Shown here: piece by piece, positions 39,107 to 50,013 of the stretch | Layout: every line of letters starts with the position of its first letter | Position numbering within the stretch: position 1 is the stretch's first letter | NCBI GenBank assembly: GCA_963758915.1 | Contig: CAVWXH010000009.1 | Span: 96,001 to 160,000, forward strand | DNA from: an uncultured Methanomicrobiales archaeon | Lineage (GTDB): Archaea > Halobacteriota > Methanomicrobia > Methanomicrobiales > Methanospirillaceae | Length of the DNA stretch: 64,000 nt | Direction of reading: 5' to 3' | Made by a program: the position numbers and the translations under genes | Notes under the pieces: generated by a model | Databases searched by the model: none | The model's input: the letters and a program-made list of their open reading frames with translations, nothing else | What the model was told of the DNA's origin: nothing

Positions 39107-39258
39107 TAATTCACATTGAGGGGTATTCTTCGGCTTGTGCTGACAAAAAAAACTAACATCAAAGCTTTGTTTAATTTTACCCGGTCATAGGTCTGTCAAG
39201 ATAATTAAGAATAAGGAGACATGCCCGGGTTCTTATAATAAAAAGGAGACTGAATTTT

Positions 39259-39651
39259 TCAGAACTCATCTTTATGGTACAGGGCATGGTGCGGACATGC
39301 ATCCATACAGCGACCACAGAGGACGCAACGCCCTTCCCTGACACGAACTACCCATTTATCATCGAGGTAGAATACTTCATGAGGGCAGACACTGATACAG
39401 GCACCACAATCCACGCATTCTGTCTCATCAAGGATGATCCCGTGTTCCAGGACTCTGACTGTCGCCCCCAGGCTTGCCATCTTCTCCTTGACGATCTTGC
39501 ATGATTCGTCCGGTATGTCAATCAGTGCCTCGCCTTCTGAAGAATCAATAATTGCCCGCTCTACGTTGATCAGCACACCGGTTTCCTTTACCACCTGTGC
39601 AATGATCGGTTTCTGGCCCGCTTTTCTTGAAAAGTTGACAAGGAGTTTCAT
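39259..39651 (-). CDS. NIL domain-ferredoxin (MA1822/MJ0099-like)
   Basis: NIL domain plus two CxxCxxCxxxCP motifs. ATGA overlap with the upstream gene. Confidence 0.92.
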   Translation of the reverse strand: MKLLVNFSRKAGQKPIIAQVVKETGVLINVERAIIDSSEGEALIDIPDESCKIVKEKMASLGATVRVLEHGIILDETECVDCGACISVCPHEVFYLDDKWVVRVREGRCVLCGRCMDACPHHALYHKDEF

Positions 39652-41156
39652 TTCAGCCACCTCCCGCCAATCAGCTTACCTAAATCAATCGCGGTGAGCA
39701 TTGCAACCACGTGCATATCCTTGTCAACAACCGGCATCGCACTGATATTATGTCGTTCGAGTTTCTGGACTGCAATGTCTACCGGTTCATCCTGCGTGGT
39801 CGTGACTACTTTCTTTTTCATGATATCACGCACAAGGGTAGCTTTTCCCGGGTTTGCCACCGCTTTCGAAATATCGTAGGTTGTCACAATTCCGACAAGC
39901 ATTCCATTATTATTTATCACCGGAAGGTGGTTTGTCTCACCTTTCAGAAGTTTCTGCGCCGCTGCCCTGATCTCTTCTGTCTCCCCGACGGAGACCACCC
40001 GCTTGTCCATGATATCCAGCACCCGTGGCCCGTGTACCGATTCATGCATCGGTTTCGCCCTTTTTTCAGGGTTGATTGGACGTGTCGGAAGGACAAGGGT
40101 CATCTTCCCCTGCTCCACCCAGGACCTGAGCATATCGGCGACATCTTTCGCCTTCCTGAAACTGGAAAGCGATGAAGACCGGATTTCTTCACCATTAATC
40201 TCGACCAGGCCACTCCGGAGTTCTGCATAATTTACCTTCCTGATGGCAGGCCGGTTCCTGCTCGGAACACCATAATCAAGAAGGTCGACCGAGATATCCT
40301 CGTCCCTGACAGCGGTACTCCGTACAACCTCAAGGTCAACCACCGGGATTGGGATACCAACCCCCATATACAGGGTCACGCCGTACCCCTGCATCGTTGC
40401 AGCACGGACATAGTCCTGTGACATCTCCTTCATATCACCGGTAACCATCAGTGTACCATATCCACCGGCAGGGGAATGCTGGGTCCCTTCACCGACGACC
40501 ATCCCCTGCGCACCACCAAGGAAGATCGGCACCCCGCTCCCGATCATCCGAAGTTTAGGGTCATTGGAAAGGGGATTTAACACTCCTGCACCTGAAAATG
40601 TAATATTTCCTGAATTCGGGAGGAGCATTCCCATGTAGGTATGGAGGACCCGGTCAGTCGTATTGATCGCCGCGTTATAACGCTGGTAGGCATTCCTTGG
40701 GTTACACATGATCGCCTGGTTCAGGTGCTCGAGGAGCAGGTCAGTTGTGATAGTCCTCCGCGGATAACAGTCAGTCCCCCGTGAAATCGCCCTGAGCTCG
40801 ACCGATTTACCGGCGATAAAGTCCTCGATAACATGGGCCCCGCCATATTGGTCCTCGCGTGTTGTTGACTGCTGGGTAGCCCCGATATAGGTATCTACCG
40901 CTGCAAGTCCCCCGTATGCCTCGACATCATTTAACCATATCCGCTCCATGCGTATCGGTGGTTCTGCATGCCCGAAATTAAAAAAAGCGCCTGATGAACA
41001 CATCGCACCGAAGGTTCCCGTGGTAACGACATCCACTTCGCGGAGCGCCTCTTCCTCCCCTAATTCAGCGACAATTCCGGGCATTTCATCGGCAGTGACC
41101 ACCCGTGCATTGCCATCCCGTACCCGTTCATTGATCAGGTCGATGGACTTCTTCAT
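39648..41156 (-). CDS. L-aspartate semialdehyde sulfurtransferase / homocysteine biosynthesis protein (DUF39-CBS, MA1821/MJ0100-like)
   Basis: VDVVTTGTFGAMCSSG, TDCYPR and NPRNAYQ motifs, with a C-terminal CBS pair. Confidence 0.92.
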   Translation of the reverse strand: MKKSIDLINERVRDGNARVVTADEMPGIVAELGEEEALREVDVVTTGTFGAMCSSGAFFNFGHAEPPIRMERIWLNDVEAYGGLAAVDTYIGATQQSTTREDQYGGAHVIEDFIAGKSVELRAISRGTDCYPRRTITTDLLLEHLNQAIMCNPRNAYQRYNAAINTTDRVLHTYMGMLLPNSGNITFSGAGVLNPLSNDPKLRMIGSGVPIFLGGAQGMVVGEGTQHSPAGGYGTLMVTGDMKEMSQDYVRAATMQGYGVTLYMGVGIPIPVVDLEVVRSTAVRDEDISVDLLDYGVPSRNRPAIRKVNYAELRSGLVEINGEEIRSSSLSSFRKAKDVADMLRSWVEQGKMTLVLPTRPINPEKRAKPMHESVHGPRVLDIMDKRVVSVGETEEIRAAAQKLLKGETNHLPVINNNGMLVGIVTTYDISKAVANPGKATLVRDIMKKKVVTTTQDEPVDIAVQKLERHNISAMPVVDKDMHVVAMLTAIDLGKLIGGRWLK

Positions 41157-41247
41157 ACGAGTATATATCATTTCAAGAATATTTATAGGTTAAGTATATT
41201 ACTCACAGTAATATAGAGTATTTAAACTCCCCAACCTAAACCGGAGT

Positions 41248-41955
41248 ATGGACATTCGCGAGTTTATTTCCGGGATGGAAAGGGTGGCACCTCCCGGCCT
41301 TGCAGAAGAATTCGATACAGGCCGTATTGGCCTTATTATTGAAGGGATAAAAGATATTACCAGGGTTTCATGTGCACTTGATGCCAGTCCGGGGGTAGTC
41401 GGAGAGGCGGTACGGCAGAAGGCGGATATGCTTGTGGTGCATCATACCCCAATCTTTCACCCTGTGACTGCAGTCAGGGGGCCACTGGTACCATTGCTAC
41501 GTTCCGTGCTCAATTCAGGGATGAATATTTTCGTAATGCATACGAATTTTGACCATGCACCACAGGGTGTCAACGATACACTTGCCGGACTCCTCGGGCT
41601 CACGAATACCACCCAGATGACCCTTGGCCTTGTCGGGGACTGTCAGCTGGTACCTGAACAAATTGGCAAAATGCTCCATTCACCACTCAGGATATGGGGG
41701 GACCTGCATTCCATCAGCCGCCTGGCCGTTGTTGGCGGGAGCGGGTTCGATATAGCACTGATACAGGAGGCCAGGGCCCTCGGCGCGGATGCATTCCTTT
41801 CGGCAGAAGCAAAACACTCGGTCATCAGGGAATCGCCGCTCCCCCTGGTTGAGGCCACCCACTATGCCCTTGAAGCACCTGCCATGCAGGAGCTTTCGTC
41901 GCGAATGGGATGGCACTATATTGATGACCCGCCTAAGATGATCGCGAGCCCATGA
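41248..41955 (+). CDS. Nif3-like dinuclear metal centre protein
   Basis: VVHH, HTNFD, GGSG and THYALE motifs. Confidence 0.92.
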   Translation: MDIREFISGMERVAPPGLAEEFDTGRIGLIIEGIKDITRVSCALDASPGVVGEAVRQKADMLVVHHTPIFHPVTAVRGPLVPLLRSVLNSGMNIFVMHTNFDHAPQGVNDTLAGLLGLTNTTQMTLGLVGDCQLVPEQIGKMLHSPLRIWGDLHSISRLAVVGGSGFDIALIQEARALGADAFLSAEAKHSVIRESPLPLVEATHYALEAPAMQELSSRMGWHYIDDPPKMIASP

Positions 41956-42290
41956 GCGGTACCCCTGAAATGGATGAGCAGGCACTCTGGGATGCACTGG
42001 AACGTGACCATGCGCTTTCTATCGACCTGCAGGAGGAGTTACTCCGGATTTACGGGGAACGGGGAAGGAAGGCGATCCGTGCCGTTGATGAATCCCGTGT
42101 AAAAAAATACCTCGATTTCTTTGTCGTCGTGGGGACAAGCGATGAATACGTGGTCGAAGATGAGTTCTGCACCTGCCGTGCCCAGGTGTTTCGCAGCGGC
42201 TCCTGCTGGCATGTGCTGGCAGCAAGGATTGCAGATCTTACCGGCCAGTACGAGGTGGTCGATGAATGGTACATGGAGACCCTGAAATGA
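41952..42290 (+). CDS. SWIM zinc-finger protein
   Basis: CTC...CWH motif. ATGA-coupled to the nif3-like gene. Confidence 0.85.
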   Translation: MSGTPEMDEQALWDALERDHALSIDLQEELLRIYGERGRKAIRAVDESRVKKYLDFFVVVGTSDEYVVEDEFCTCRAQVFRSGSCWHVLAARIADLTGQYEVVDEWYMETLK

Positions 42291-42359
42291 TCGTTATCAG
42301 GCGTCCCAAACACTATTTATCGGAAAAACTCCAATATTTAAAGAGAAACGTGGTCTTTC

Positions 42360-45107
42360 ATGCTCGAAGAAGAATACCAGCTCGATTATTTTAAACAGAA
42401 TGGGCTTGTCAGGAAGGTCTGTACTAAGTGCGGTTCTGCGTTCTGGACACGTGACCCTTCCCGCGAGATCTGCGGCGATGCACCCTGCGAACCTTACAGT
42501 TTTATTGGAAACCCGGTCTTCCGGAGACATTCCGTGGATGAGATGCGGGAAGCATTCCTCTCGTTCTTCGAAAAAAACGGACATACCAGGATTGAACGGT
42601 ACCCGGTTGTTGCACGGTGGAGAGACGATATCTACCTCACTATCGCCTCAATTGCTGATTTCCAGCCGTACGTTACCGCAGGGATCGTCCCCCCGCCTGC
42701 AAACCCGCTTACTATATCCCAGCCCTGTATCAGGTTAAACGACCTTGATTCAGTCGGAAGGTCAGGCAGGCACTTAACCCAGTTCGAGATGATGGCACAC
42801 CACGCATTCAACAGCCAGGACACTGAGATATACTGGAAAGACCGCACAGTTGAACTCTGTGATGAGTTTATCAAATCAATCGGCGGTGACCTGCAAAAGG
42901 TCACCTACAAGGAACACCCCTGGATAGGCGGAGGGAATGCAGGTCCGAGTGTCGAGGTGCTGATTGCCGGACTTGAAGTCGCCACCCTCGTCTTCATGAA
43001 CCTCGGGCGGCAGAAGACGGATGCCCCCGGGATCGACCTGAACGGGGAGATGTACTACCCTATGAAGAGCCGGATCGTGGATACCGGGTACGGGCTGGAG
43101 CGTTTTGTCTGGGCGTCCCGCGGTTCCCCGACCATCTACGATGCGGTCTTCCCGGAAATGGTCTCAAGGGTCATGGAAGCAGCAGGAATGGAACACCTGC
43201 TCGACGATGCCGAGTATACAAAAATCCTCTCCCTCAATGCCAGGTATGCCGGCCTGCTCGGGGATATTTCCGGGGCAAATCTTTTCCAGCTCAGGAACAA
43301 GGTCGCTTCTGCGATAAATGTCCCTCCCGACAAGCTTGACCGTATGATCGCCCCGATCGAGAAGGTCTATGCAATCGTGGACCATACCCGGTGTCTTGCC
43401 TACATGCTCGGGGACTGTATCGTCCCGTCCAATGTCCGTGAAGGGTACCTCGTACGGCTTGTTATCAGGAGGACGTTGCGGATGATGAACGACCTCTCCA
43501 TAAAAGACGGGCTTTCAGACCTCGTAGAGGAACAAATAAAAATCATAGGGCCCCGGCAGTTTGAACAGGACGTCATGGTCATAAGGGAGATAATCGACCG
43601 TGAAGTGGAGAAATATGCCCAGACTCTCGAACGCGGTTCAAAAATTGTCCAGAGAGTGGCCCGGACCTACAAGGCAAAATCAGAACGGGTACCCCTTAGA
43701 GAGGTTATCATGCTCTACGATTCCCATGGTATCCCGCCTGACATGATCAAGGAGATTGCACAGAAAGAGGGGGCAGTCGTTGATATGCCTGACAATTTCT
43801 ACTCGCATATTGCAGACATGCACTCCGAATCAGAGGTAGAAGTTGCAGAAGACCCGTTCGCAAAGTACCAGGCCCGCATCAGGGGCCTCCCTGCCACCGG
43901 GAAACTCTACTACGAGCAGCCCTGCAATACCGAATTCGAGGCAGTTGTAATCGATTTCTTTGATGGATTCGTCGTGATGGACCATACACTCTTCTACCCC
44001 GAGGGGGGCGGCCAGCCTGCCGATACCGGGATGCTCATTACCCAGGAGAACATGGTCAGGGTCAACAGGGTTGTCAAGATCGGCGATGTGGTTCTCCATA
44101 AACTCGAGGGGGGCATTCTCAGGCGTGGTGACCGCGTAAAAGGGATCGTCGACGAAGAACGACGCTGGTCACTGATGCGCCACCATACCGCAACCCACCT
44201 GCTGCTCAGGGCATCAAAAGAGGTGCTCGGGGCCCATATCCACCAGGCAGGTGCACAGAAGGGGGTTGAAAGTTCGAGGATTGATATCCGTCATTTCCGG
44301 CATATCACACCCGACGAGTTGCATAAAATTGAGATGGCTGCAAACCGGATGGTCCTTGCCGATACCTGTATCGATATCAGGTTCGAGGACCGTGTCAAGG
44401 CCGAGCAGTCGTACGGGTTCTCCCTCTACCAGGGCGGGGTGCCCCCGGGCAGGGAGCTCCGTATCGTATCTGTCGCCGGAGACATCGAGGCGTGTGCAGG
44501 GACTCATTGTATGAGCACGGGCCAGATAGGCATGATCAAGATTATGCGGGTGGAGCATATCCAGGACGGGATCGAACGCCTGGAGTTCTCAGCAGGACTT
44601 GCAGCCCTTGCATGGATGCACCACCTCGAGGAGATCGTGAACAGTTCGGCAGATGTGTTCTCAGTCCAGCAGGACAACCTGCCGGCCACATCGCAGCGGT
44701 TCTTTACCGAGTGGAAAGACCAGAAAAAGGAGAATGAAAAACTCTCTCAAAAGATCGTTGAACTTGAGATCGCCCAAATCCAACCCGAGATAATTAAAGG
44801 TGTACCGGTCGTGGTCAGGCGCCTCGACCTTCCGGCGAAGGACCTGACGGCCATTGCAGTACAGGTATCAGGGAAAGGGGGTGTTGCATTCTTCCTGTCG
44901 AAAAACGGTGAACGCGTGGATGCCGTAATCACCTCAGGCACCTCATCGGTGAATGCAGGGGAGATAATCGCACAGGTATCAGGACTTCTTGGAGGGAAGG
45001 GGGGTGGTACTCCGGCTCTCGGACGAGGAGGAGGACCTGCCATCGAGCAGATGGAACTTGCCATCAGGGTCGGGCGCGAGAGGATCACGGCCGCCCTCAA
45101 CAGTTAA
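42360..45107 (+). CDS. alaS: alanine--tRNA ligase
   Basis: ASIADFQP, FEMMAHH, DTGYGLER, editing HHTATH...CAGTH, and C-terminal GGKGGG. Confidence 0.98.
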   Translation: MLEEEYQLDYFKQNGLVRKVCTKCGSAFWTRDPSREICGDAPCEPYSFIGNPVFRRHSVDEMREAFLSFFEKNGHTRIERYPVVARWRDDIYLTIASIADFQPYVTAGIVPPPANPLTISQPCIRLNDLDSVGRSGRHLTQFEMMAHHAFNSQDTEIYWKDRTVELCDEFIKSIGGDLQKVTYKEHPWIGGGNAGPSVEVLIAGLEVATLVFMNLGRQKTDAPGIDLNGEMYYPMKSRIVDTGYGLERFVWASRGSPTIYDAVFPEMVSRVMEAAGMEHLLDDAEYTKILSLNARYAGLLGDISGANLFQLRNKVASAINVPPDKLDRMIAPIEKVYAIVDHTRCLAYMLGDCIVPSNVREGYLVRLVIRRTLRMMNDLSIKDGLSDLVEEQIKIIGPRQFEQDVMVIREIIDREVEKYAQTLERGSKIVQRVARTYKAKSERVPLREVIMLYDSHGIPPDMIKEIAQKEGAVVDMPDNFYSHIADMHSESEVEVAEDPFAKYQARIRGLPATGKLYYEQPCNTEFEAVVIDFFDGFVVMDHTLFYPEGGGQPADTGMLITQENMVRVNRVVKIGDVVLHKLEGGILRRGDRVKGIVDEERRWSLMRHHTATHLLLRASKEVLGAHIHQAGAQKGVESSRIDIRHFRHITPDELHKIEMAANRMVLADTCIDIRFEDRVKAEQSYGFSLYQGGVPPGRELRIVSVAGDIEACAGTHCMSTGQIGMIKIMRVEHIQDGIERLEFSAGLAALAWMHHLEEIVNSSADVFSVQQDNLPATSQRFFTEWKDQKKENEKLSQKIVELEIAQIQPEIIKGVPVVVRRLDLPAKDLTAIAVQVSGKGGVAFFLSKNGERVDAVITSGTSSVNAGEIIAQVSGLLGGKGGGTPALGRGGGPAIEQMELAIRVGRERITAALNS

Positions 45108-45115
45108 TTTGCCTT

Positions 45116-45916
45116 ATGCCAGACGACACGATGCCGGGTGCAGATGGTCCGGGCGGGACAGATACAGGCCCCATGCCGGATGCGAGGGACGTTATCGTCC
45201 TCGAACCCGGGGGCGAGCAGGCACAAAAGATCGCGAAGGCAATGGGGAGCCAGACGGCAGGCGATATCCTCCAGCTCTTAAAAACAGGCCCTAAAACATC
45301 CACCGAAATCACCGACCAGCTCGGGATTCCCATGGGTACTGCAAAGTACCATATTGAAAACCTCCTCGATGCAGGCCTGATAGAGGTCACAAAAACGAAA
45401 TACAGCGTGAAAGGCAGGGAAGTAAAGGTATACGGGCTCAAAGACCAGCTCCTCATCGTCACGCCAAGTGTCACGAATGTAAAGGCTCTGCTCCTGAAGT
45501 ATGCCTCGCTCTTTGGAGTGGTTACCGTTGCAACGGTCCTGATTGGGGCAGCCCTCCAGGTACTAACCCTTTCGGGGACCACTACGGTAATTAATAGTGA
45601 TACGAAAAAAACAGGAATTGAGGCGCTGCCAGCCGCACCATCAGCCCCGTTATTATCAGGGAACGCCGGGGCACAGGGAGCGGGACTTGTCGCAGAAAAC
45701 GGCTCAAGGGCCTTGGATATGAAGGATATGGTAACAACCGCAGTGCCTCCTCACGTACCTGAAACCGTTTTTTCCCAGCCTCTGTTCCAGGTTATTGCAC
45801 CTGCAGCATTCCCTGTCAGGGAGGTCCTTATCGCTTTTTTCTTCGGCGGGTGCCTGGTCATTGCAGTACTCGTCCTCTATGAACTCGTCCAGCGGCGAAA
45901 GGACCAGGGCTCCTGA
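45116..45916 (+). CDS. ArsR-type HTH regulator with two C-terminal TM helices
   Basis: YHIENLLDAGLIEV...SVKGREVKVY, followed by TM-loop-TM-RRK. Confidence 0.85.
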   Translation: MPDDTMPGADGPGGTDTGPMPDARDVIVLEPGGEQAQKIAKAMGSQTAGDILQLLKTGPKTSTEITDQLGIPMGTAKYHIENLLDAGLIEVTKTKYSVKGREVKVYGLKDQLLIVTPSVTNVKALLLKYASLFGVVTVATVLIGAALQVLTLSGTTTVINSDTKKTGIEALPAAPSAPLLSGNAGAQGAGLVAENGSRALDMKDMVTTAVPPHVPETVFSQPLFQVIAPAAFPVREVLIAFFFGGCLVIAVLVLYELVQRRKDQGS

Positions 45917-45960
45917 TTCATATCATTGAAAAAAAGATAGATCCTGGTTATCCCGGTTAA

Positions 45961-46797
45961 TTAACGGTTATATCTCCGGAGCATCAGGAACCCGGCAACA
46001 CCAAGGCCTGCAATAATCCCGAACAAAGGTGCCCCGGATTTGGTGGGGGTTGGCACCGGTGTTTTTGTCTGCACCGGCCGTGGAGTGGTCGGAGTCGGGG
46101 TGAACATAAGTGTCCCTTCAGTAGTAACGACAGGGACAGGGGTTACCGTAACTTTTACGCCAAATGTTTTCTCCCCGATATACCCGGTACTGTCGGCAAA
46201 CCGTGCATTATAGTTACCTGGTTCTTCAACGGGTATATATTGCGAGAAATACCCGTCCTGGCTTCCACCCCTGGTTGCCGTTGCAATATATGCCGGCCCG
46301 AAAACTTTTCCAAGAGGGCCGATCACATCAACTTTAACACCTGAGTTACCTGCCTGTGAAATATACCCTTCAATAAGGAGTGCATTCGGAATGACCTGGT
46401 TGGTCGGGCTGGTGACATGGAGCATATCTGAACGGTCGACCAGTTCAGTTACCCTGATTGTCATGGAATCGGAGCTGAGTTTGGACTGGTAGTCCCCGCG
46501 TGGGATTGCTTCCACCTTGTACATGCCACCTTTCAGCCCGGTTGTCTCGAAAACGACATTGAAGTTTTTATCCTCTCCAATCGTTACCGGAATACTGCTT
46601 ATCTGGTTTGAGGTCTGGCCTGAACTGGAGAACGAGAGGTCAATCGTAGTCCCGGCCGGAAACGTGGTTGTCCCTGTGACAGGAAGGGGTGCACCAACCG
46701 GGAGTTTTCCAGGGCAATCGATCGTCAGCACATATGCGGATGCCACACCCACAACGCAGACCATCACGAGTAACACAATTAATGCGATCTTTTTCAT
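45961..46797 (-). CDS. cell-surface protein with Thr/Pro linker and PGF-CTERM-like tail
   Basis: Signal peptide, TPTPTT linker and PTKSGAPLFG-TM-RR tail. Confidence 0.8.
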   Translation of the reverse strand: MKKIALIVLLVMVCVVGVASAYVLTIDCPGKLPVGAPLPVTGTTTFPAGTTIDLSFSSSGQTSNQISSIPVTIGEDKNFNVVFETTGLKGGMYKVEAIPRGDYQSKLSSDSMTIRVTELVDRSDMLHVTSPTNQVIPNALLIEGYISQAGNSGVKVDVIGPLGKVFGPAYIATATRGGSQDGYFSQYIPVEEPGNYNARFADSTGYIGEKTFGVKVTVTPVPVVTTEGTLMFTPTPTTPRPVQTKTPVPTPTKSGAPLFGIIAGLGVAGFLMLRRYNR

Positions 46798-46964
46798 ACT
46801 GATCAGGTGGCATTATGAAGGTAAATGGTTTCTGGATAAGCCACGTTATACATCCACCGTTTTACCATTCTCATGCGCAGGGGAAATTTCCCTGGCACCG
46901 GACTGTTGTGGTTTCAAAAAATAAATGCCAAAAAAACGGGTTGGGCAGGCAGGTCTTTTCAGGG

Positions 46965-47570
46965 TCAGCACATACCGATATAATTTGATAGTAGCCGGAG
47001 TCCTTTTACCCCGCTCTTTTCCGGGTGGAACTGGACACCAAAGACATTACCGTTATGGATGGTCGATGCAAAGCGGCAGATATATTCCGTGGTCGTCAGG
47101 GTATATTCAGGGAGGGTGTCAGCGTAGTAAGAGTGGACAAAATACATAAATTCCTCCTCTGGAAAGCCGGCGAAGAGAGGGTGGTCAGGTTGTTCCAGAC
47201 GCACCTGGTTCCAGCCCATCTGGGGTACCTTGTACCCGGGCTGGTGTGGAAATTTCCTGACTGTTCCCGGTACAAGGGCAAGCCCCTTATGAAGCCCGTG
47301 CTCCTCGGAAAATTCCATCAACATCTGCATTCCAAGGCAAATCCCGAGGAGCGGCACATCCCCCGAACTCCTGACCACTGCATCACGGAGTTCGCCGAGC
47401 TGGTCCATACCCTCACGGAATGCCCCTACACCGGGGAGGACGATCCCGTCAGCTGAGCCGATCTCTCCTGCATCGGCCGTGAGGAACGGTGAAGCACCGG
47501 CTTTTTCAAGGCCTTTCATGACGCTTCTCAGGTTGCCAAGCCCGTAATCAACAATTGCTATCTTCTTCAT
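46965..47570 (-). CDS. hisH: imidazole glycerol phosphate synthase glutaminase subunit
   Basis: DYGLGNLRSV, LPGVGAF, GICLGMQ and QFHPEKS motifs. Confidence 0.96.
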   Translation of the reverse strand: MKKIAIVDYGLGNLRSVMKGLEKAGASPFLTADAGEIGSADGIVLPGVGAFREGMDQLGELRDAVVRSSGDVPLLGICLGMQMLMEFSEEHGLHKGLALVPGTVRKFPHQPGYKVPQMGWNQVRLEQPDHPLFAGFPEEEFMYFVHSYYADTLPEYTLTTTEYICRFASTIHNGNVFGVQFHPEKSGVKGLRLLSNYIGMC

Positions 47571-48996
47571 CTGCCACATCTCCTGGGATATCCCTTCCTG
47601 AGGCCTGGACTAAGATACCCTGGTCTTTTTTACGCCACCTGCTCTCCGTTGTCCACTCCGGTGGCAGGCCATGGTTTTTTCGCCATTCCTCAAGATGGTT
47701 GTACCATGAACGCATCAGTTCCGGGTTTTTGTTCCCGATCTCTTCAAGCACTGCAATATCACTGGACGGACACATAAAACAGCCGATCCGGTCAAGTCCC
47801 TTCTCATAGAGAATATTATAAGGTCCTTTTTCCCGGAAGATATACAACCAGACATGCATGGCAGTCCAGTTCTGGATCGGTGCTGCAGAGAGCTGGTTCC
47901 GAACATTGCTGTTCCGCCAGACACGGTTTGAAATCGCCCGTTTAAACGACTCGTACTTTCGCTGGCCAATGAACGAGAGGCATTCACCCCATTCCTCTGA
48001 TATCGCCCGTTTTACCGGTTTCAGTTTACATACACCGCAACACCAGCGGTAATCGACTGCAGGCGGCCCCTGGCGGGCAAACGTCTCCCAGAACTCTTTC
48101 TCACCTGAACACCTGACCGCCGTAAGCCCGTAATGTTCGATTGTCTCCTCCACGCACTTGTATGTCTCGGGAAACTCAAGGCCGGTATCAGCGAAAAGTA
48201 TTGGTACCTTCCCTATCGCTTTCATTACCACGAGAAGCGTGGCAAGGCTGTCCTTGCCTCCTGAGAACGAGACATTGACCGGGAGCGGGTTTCTCTCCGT
48301 GACCTCATGGATAAACTGGACCGCTGCAGCCTCAGCTTTTCCAAGGACGACTGCGTTCGCCCTGACGGCATCTTCCCATGTCGCCTGCCCGGGTAGTACA
48401 TCAGACCGTACATTCCTTCGCGTCCTTACAATTGCACCCCGTTCCATCGATTCTGCCGTGGAGGCATCAACCTTGGCCCTTCCGACACCGGCACACTCAC
48501 CGGAACGGGTGAAGATGAAGACCTCGTCCCCTGCATCGACCGAGGGGTCAATATGTACAAGTCCCGGCCTGAGCACACTTGCTCCTTCCAGGAGTGATTG
48601 TTTGGCACCGTCATCAACAATTACGAAGCGCTTCGTTGGTTTTAACAATACAGCCGCTTCGGGGCGGGGGATCGGCTCCCATGCCCGTCTTTCCGGCATG
48701 TAGCGTATGGACCCGACAACAGCACCTGCAACGACGATCTCCTCCATCCGGTCCGGGTCAGGGACTTTATTCAGGAGCGCAATGTGGCCCGGGGGGATCA
48801 AAGAGGCCCCGAAATGGTCAGAAAAGATCCGGTTGACGAGATCGATATCATATATGAAGGCGGGCCGGGCATCCCCCGGCGGGGTAACCGGCACCTCACG
48901 GGTGAATGCCCCGCAGGCACACTGACGCGACATGACCGGGGTATGACAGGAATCACACCAGCGGAGCAGGATTTTTCCAAGATAAGACGGGCACAT
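47548..48996 (-). CDS. PAPS/APS reductase-family protein with Zn-ribbon and PUA domain
   Basis: WCDSC, PUA domain, SFSGGKDS, RWCC.VCK and RIGCFMCP motifs. Confidence 0.88.
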   Translation of the reverse strand: MCPSYLGKILLRWCDSCHTPVMSRQCACGAFTREVPVTPPGDARPAFIYDIDLVNRIFSDHFGASLIPPGHIALLNKVPDPDRMEEIVVAGAVVGSIRYMPERRAWEPIPRPEAAVLLKPTKRFVIVDDGAKQSLLEGASVLRPGLVHIDPSVDAGDEVFIFTRSGECAGVGRAKVDASTAESMERGAIVRTRRNVRSDVLPGQATWEDAVRANAVVLGKAEAAAVQFIHEVTERNPLPVNVSFSGGKDSLATLLVVMKAIGKVPILFADTGLEFPETYKCVEETIEHYGLTAVRCSGEKEFWETFARQGPPAVDYRWCCGVCKLKPVKRAISEEWGECLSFIGQRKYESFKRAISNRVWRNSNVRNQLSAAPIQNWTAMHVWLYIFREKGPYNILYEKGLDRIGCFMCPSSDIAVLEEIGNKNPELMRSWYNHLEEWRKNHGLPPEWTTESRWRKKDQGILVQASGRDIPGDVADEEDSNC

Positions 48997-49115
48997 TCTC
49001 GCGTAATATTCGAAGCAGGAGGATAAATATGGAGGGGATCATGCAACAGAACGGGGCAGGGCCGATAGGGTTGTCCCGGTTATTCTTATCACTCCACCTG
49101 ACAACATGTTCATGT

Positions 49116-49964
49116 ATGTTTGAATCCGTATCAAGGAGTTTTACCCTCATTAAGGAGAGCTGGAAGGTTCTTTCCCTGGATAGGGAGATCCTCCTTTTCC
49201 CGGTGCTTTCAGGGATTGCATTGCTATTCATCCTTATTTCATTCGTGTTACCGGTCCTGTTCCTGGGAGATAGCAGGCCGGCCTTCTCAGGAGGGCTCTT
49301 CCTTGTTAGTCTCTTCCTCTTCTACCTGCTCTGCTACTTTGTCGTGATCTATTTCAATACCGCACTGATTACCTGCGCACGGATACGGCTGACAGGGGGA
49401 AACCCGGTGTTTATGGATGGTATCAGGAATGCAAATGCACATATCGTACCGATATTCATCTGGGCAATGATATCAGCGACAATCGGGCTGGTCCTCCATT
49501 TGCTCCAGGAAAGGGCCGGATTTATCGGGCAGATCATTCTCGGGCTTATCGGGGCGGCGTGGAGCCTGATCACGTACTTTGCCATTCCCGTGATGATTTT
49601 TGAGGAGAAAGGACCGCTGGAGGCAATACAGCAGTCAGCCTCGCTGTTCCGTAAGACCTGGGGAGAGACCCTGGTCGGACAGGTGTCAATCGGGATCGTC
49701 TTTGTACTTCTCGGGATCGCCGGGTTAATCCCGGTTTTCCTCGCGCTGATGTCCGGTATTTTCCCATTGTTCCTCATTTTGCTTGCGGTTTTCATCATCT
49801 ATGTTGCAATACTGATGGTAATCGGATCGAGCCTGCAGGGTGTATATAATACTGCACTGTATCTCTATGCAACGACAGGGAATGTACCGGAGGCCTATTC
49901 AAAAGAACTGATTGAAAATGCATTTGCCCCAAAACCCGTCGGGGGTATGAGAGGAAATATTTAA
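49116..49964 (+). CDS. DUF6159-family membrane protein
   Basis: SWKVL...LLFP, KTWGE and ALYLYA motifs. About 6 TM helices. Confidence 0.75.
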   Translation: MFESVSRSFTLIKESWKVLSLDREILLFPVLSGIALLFILISFVLPVLFLGDSRPAFSGGLFLVSLFLFYLLCYFVVIYFNTALITCARIRLTGGNPVFMDGIRNANAHIVPIFIWAMISATIGLVLHLLQERAGFIGQIILGLIGAAWSLITYFAIPVMIFEEKGPLEAIQQSASLFRKTWGETLVGQVSIGIVFVLLGIAGLIPVFLALMSGIFPLFLILLAVFIIYVAILMVIGSSLQGVYNTALYLYATTGNVPEAYSKELIENAFAPKPVGGMRGNI

Positions 49965-50013
49965 AATATGGCCCCCCCAAATTCGGGGCTATCCCCTTTT
50001 TTGCAGAATTTTT

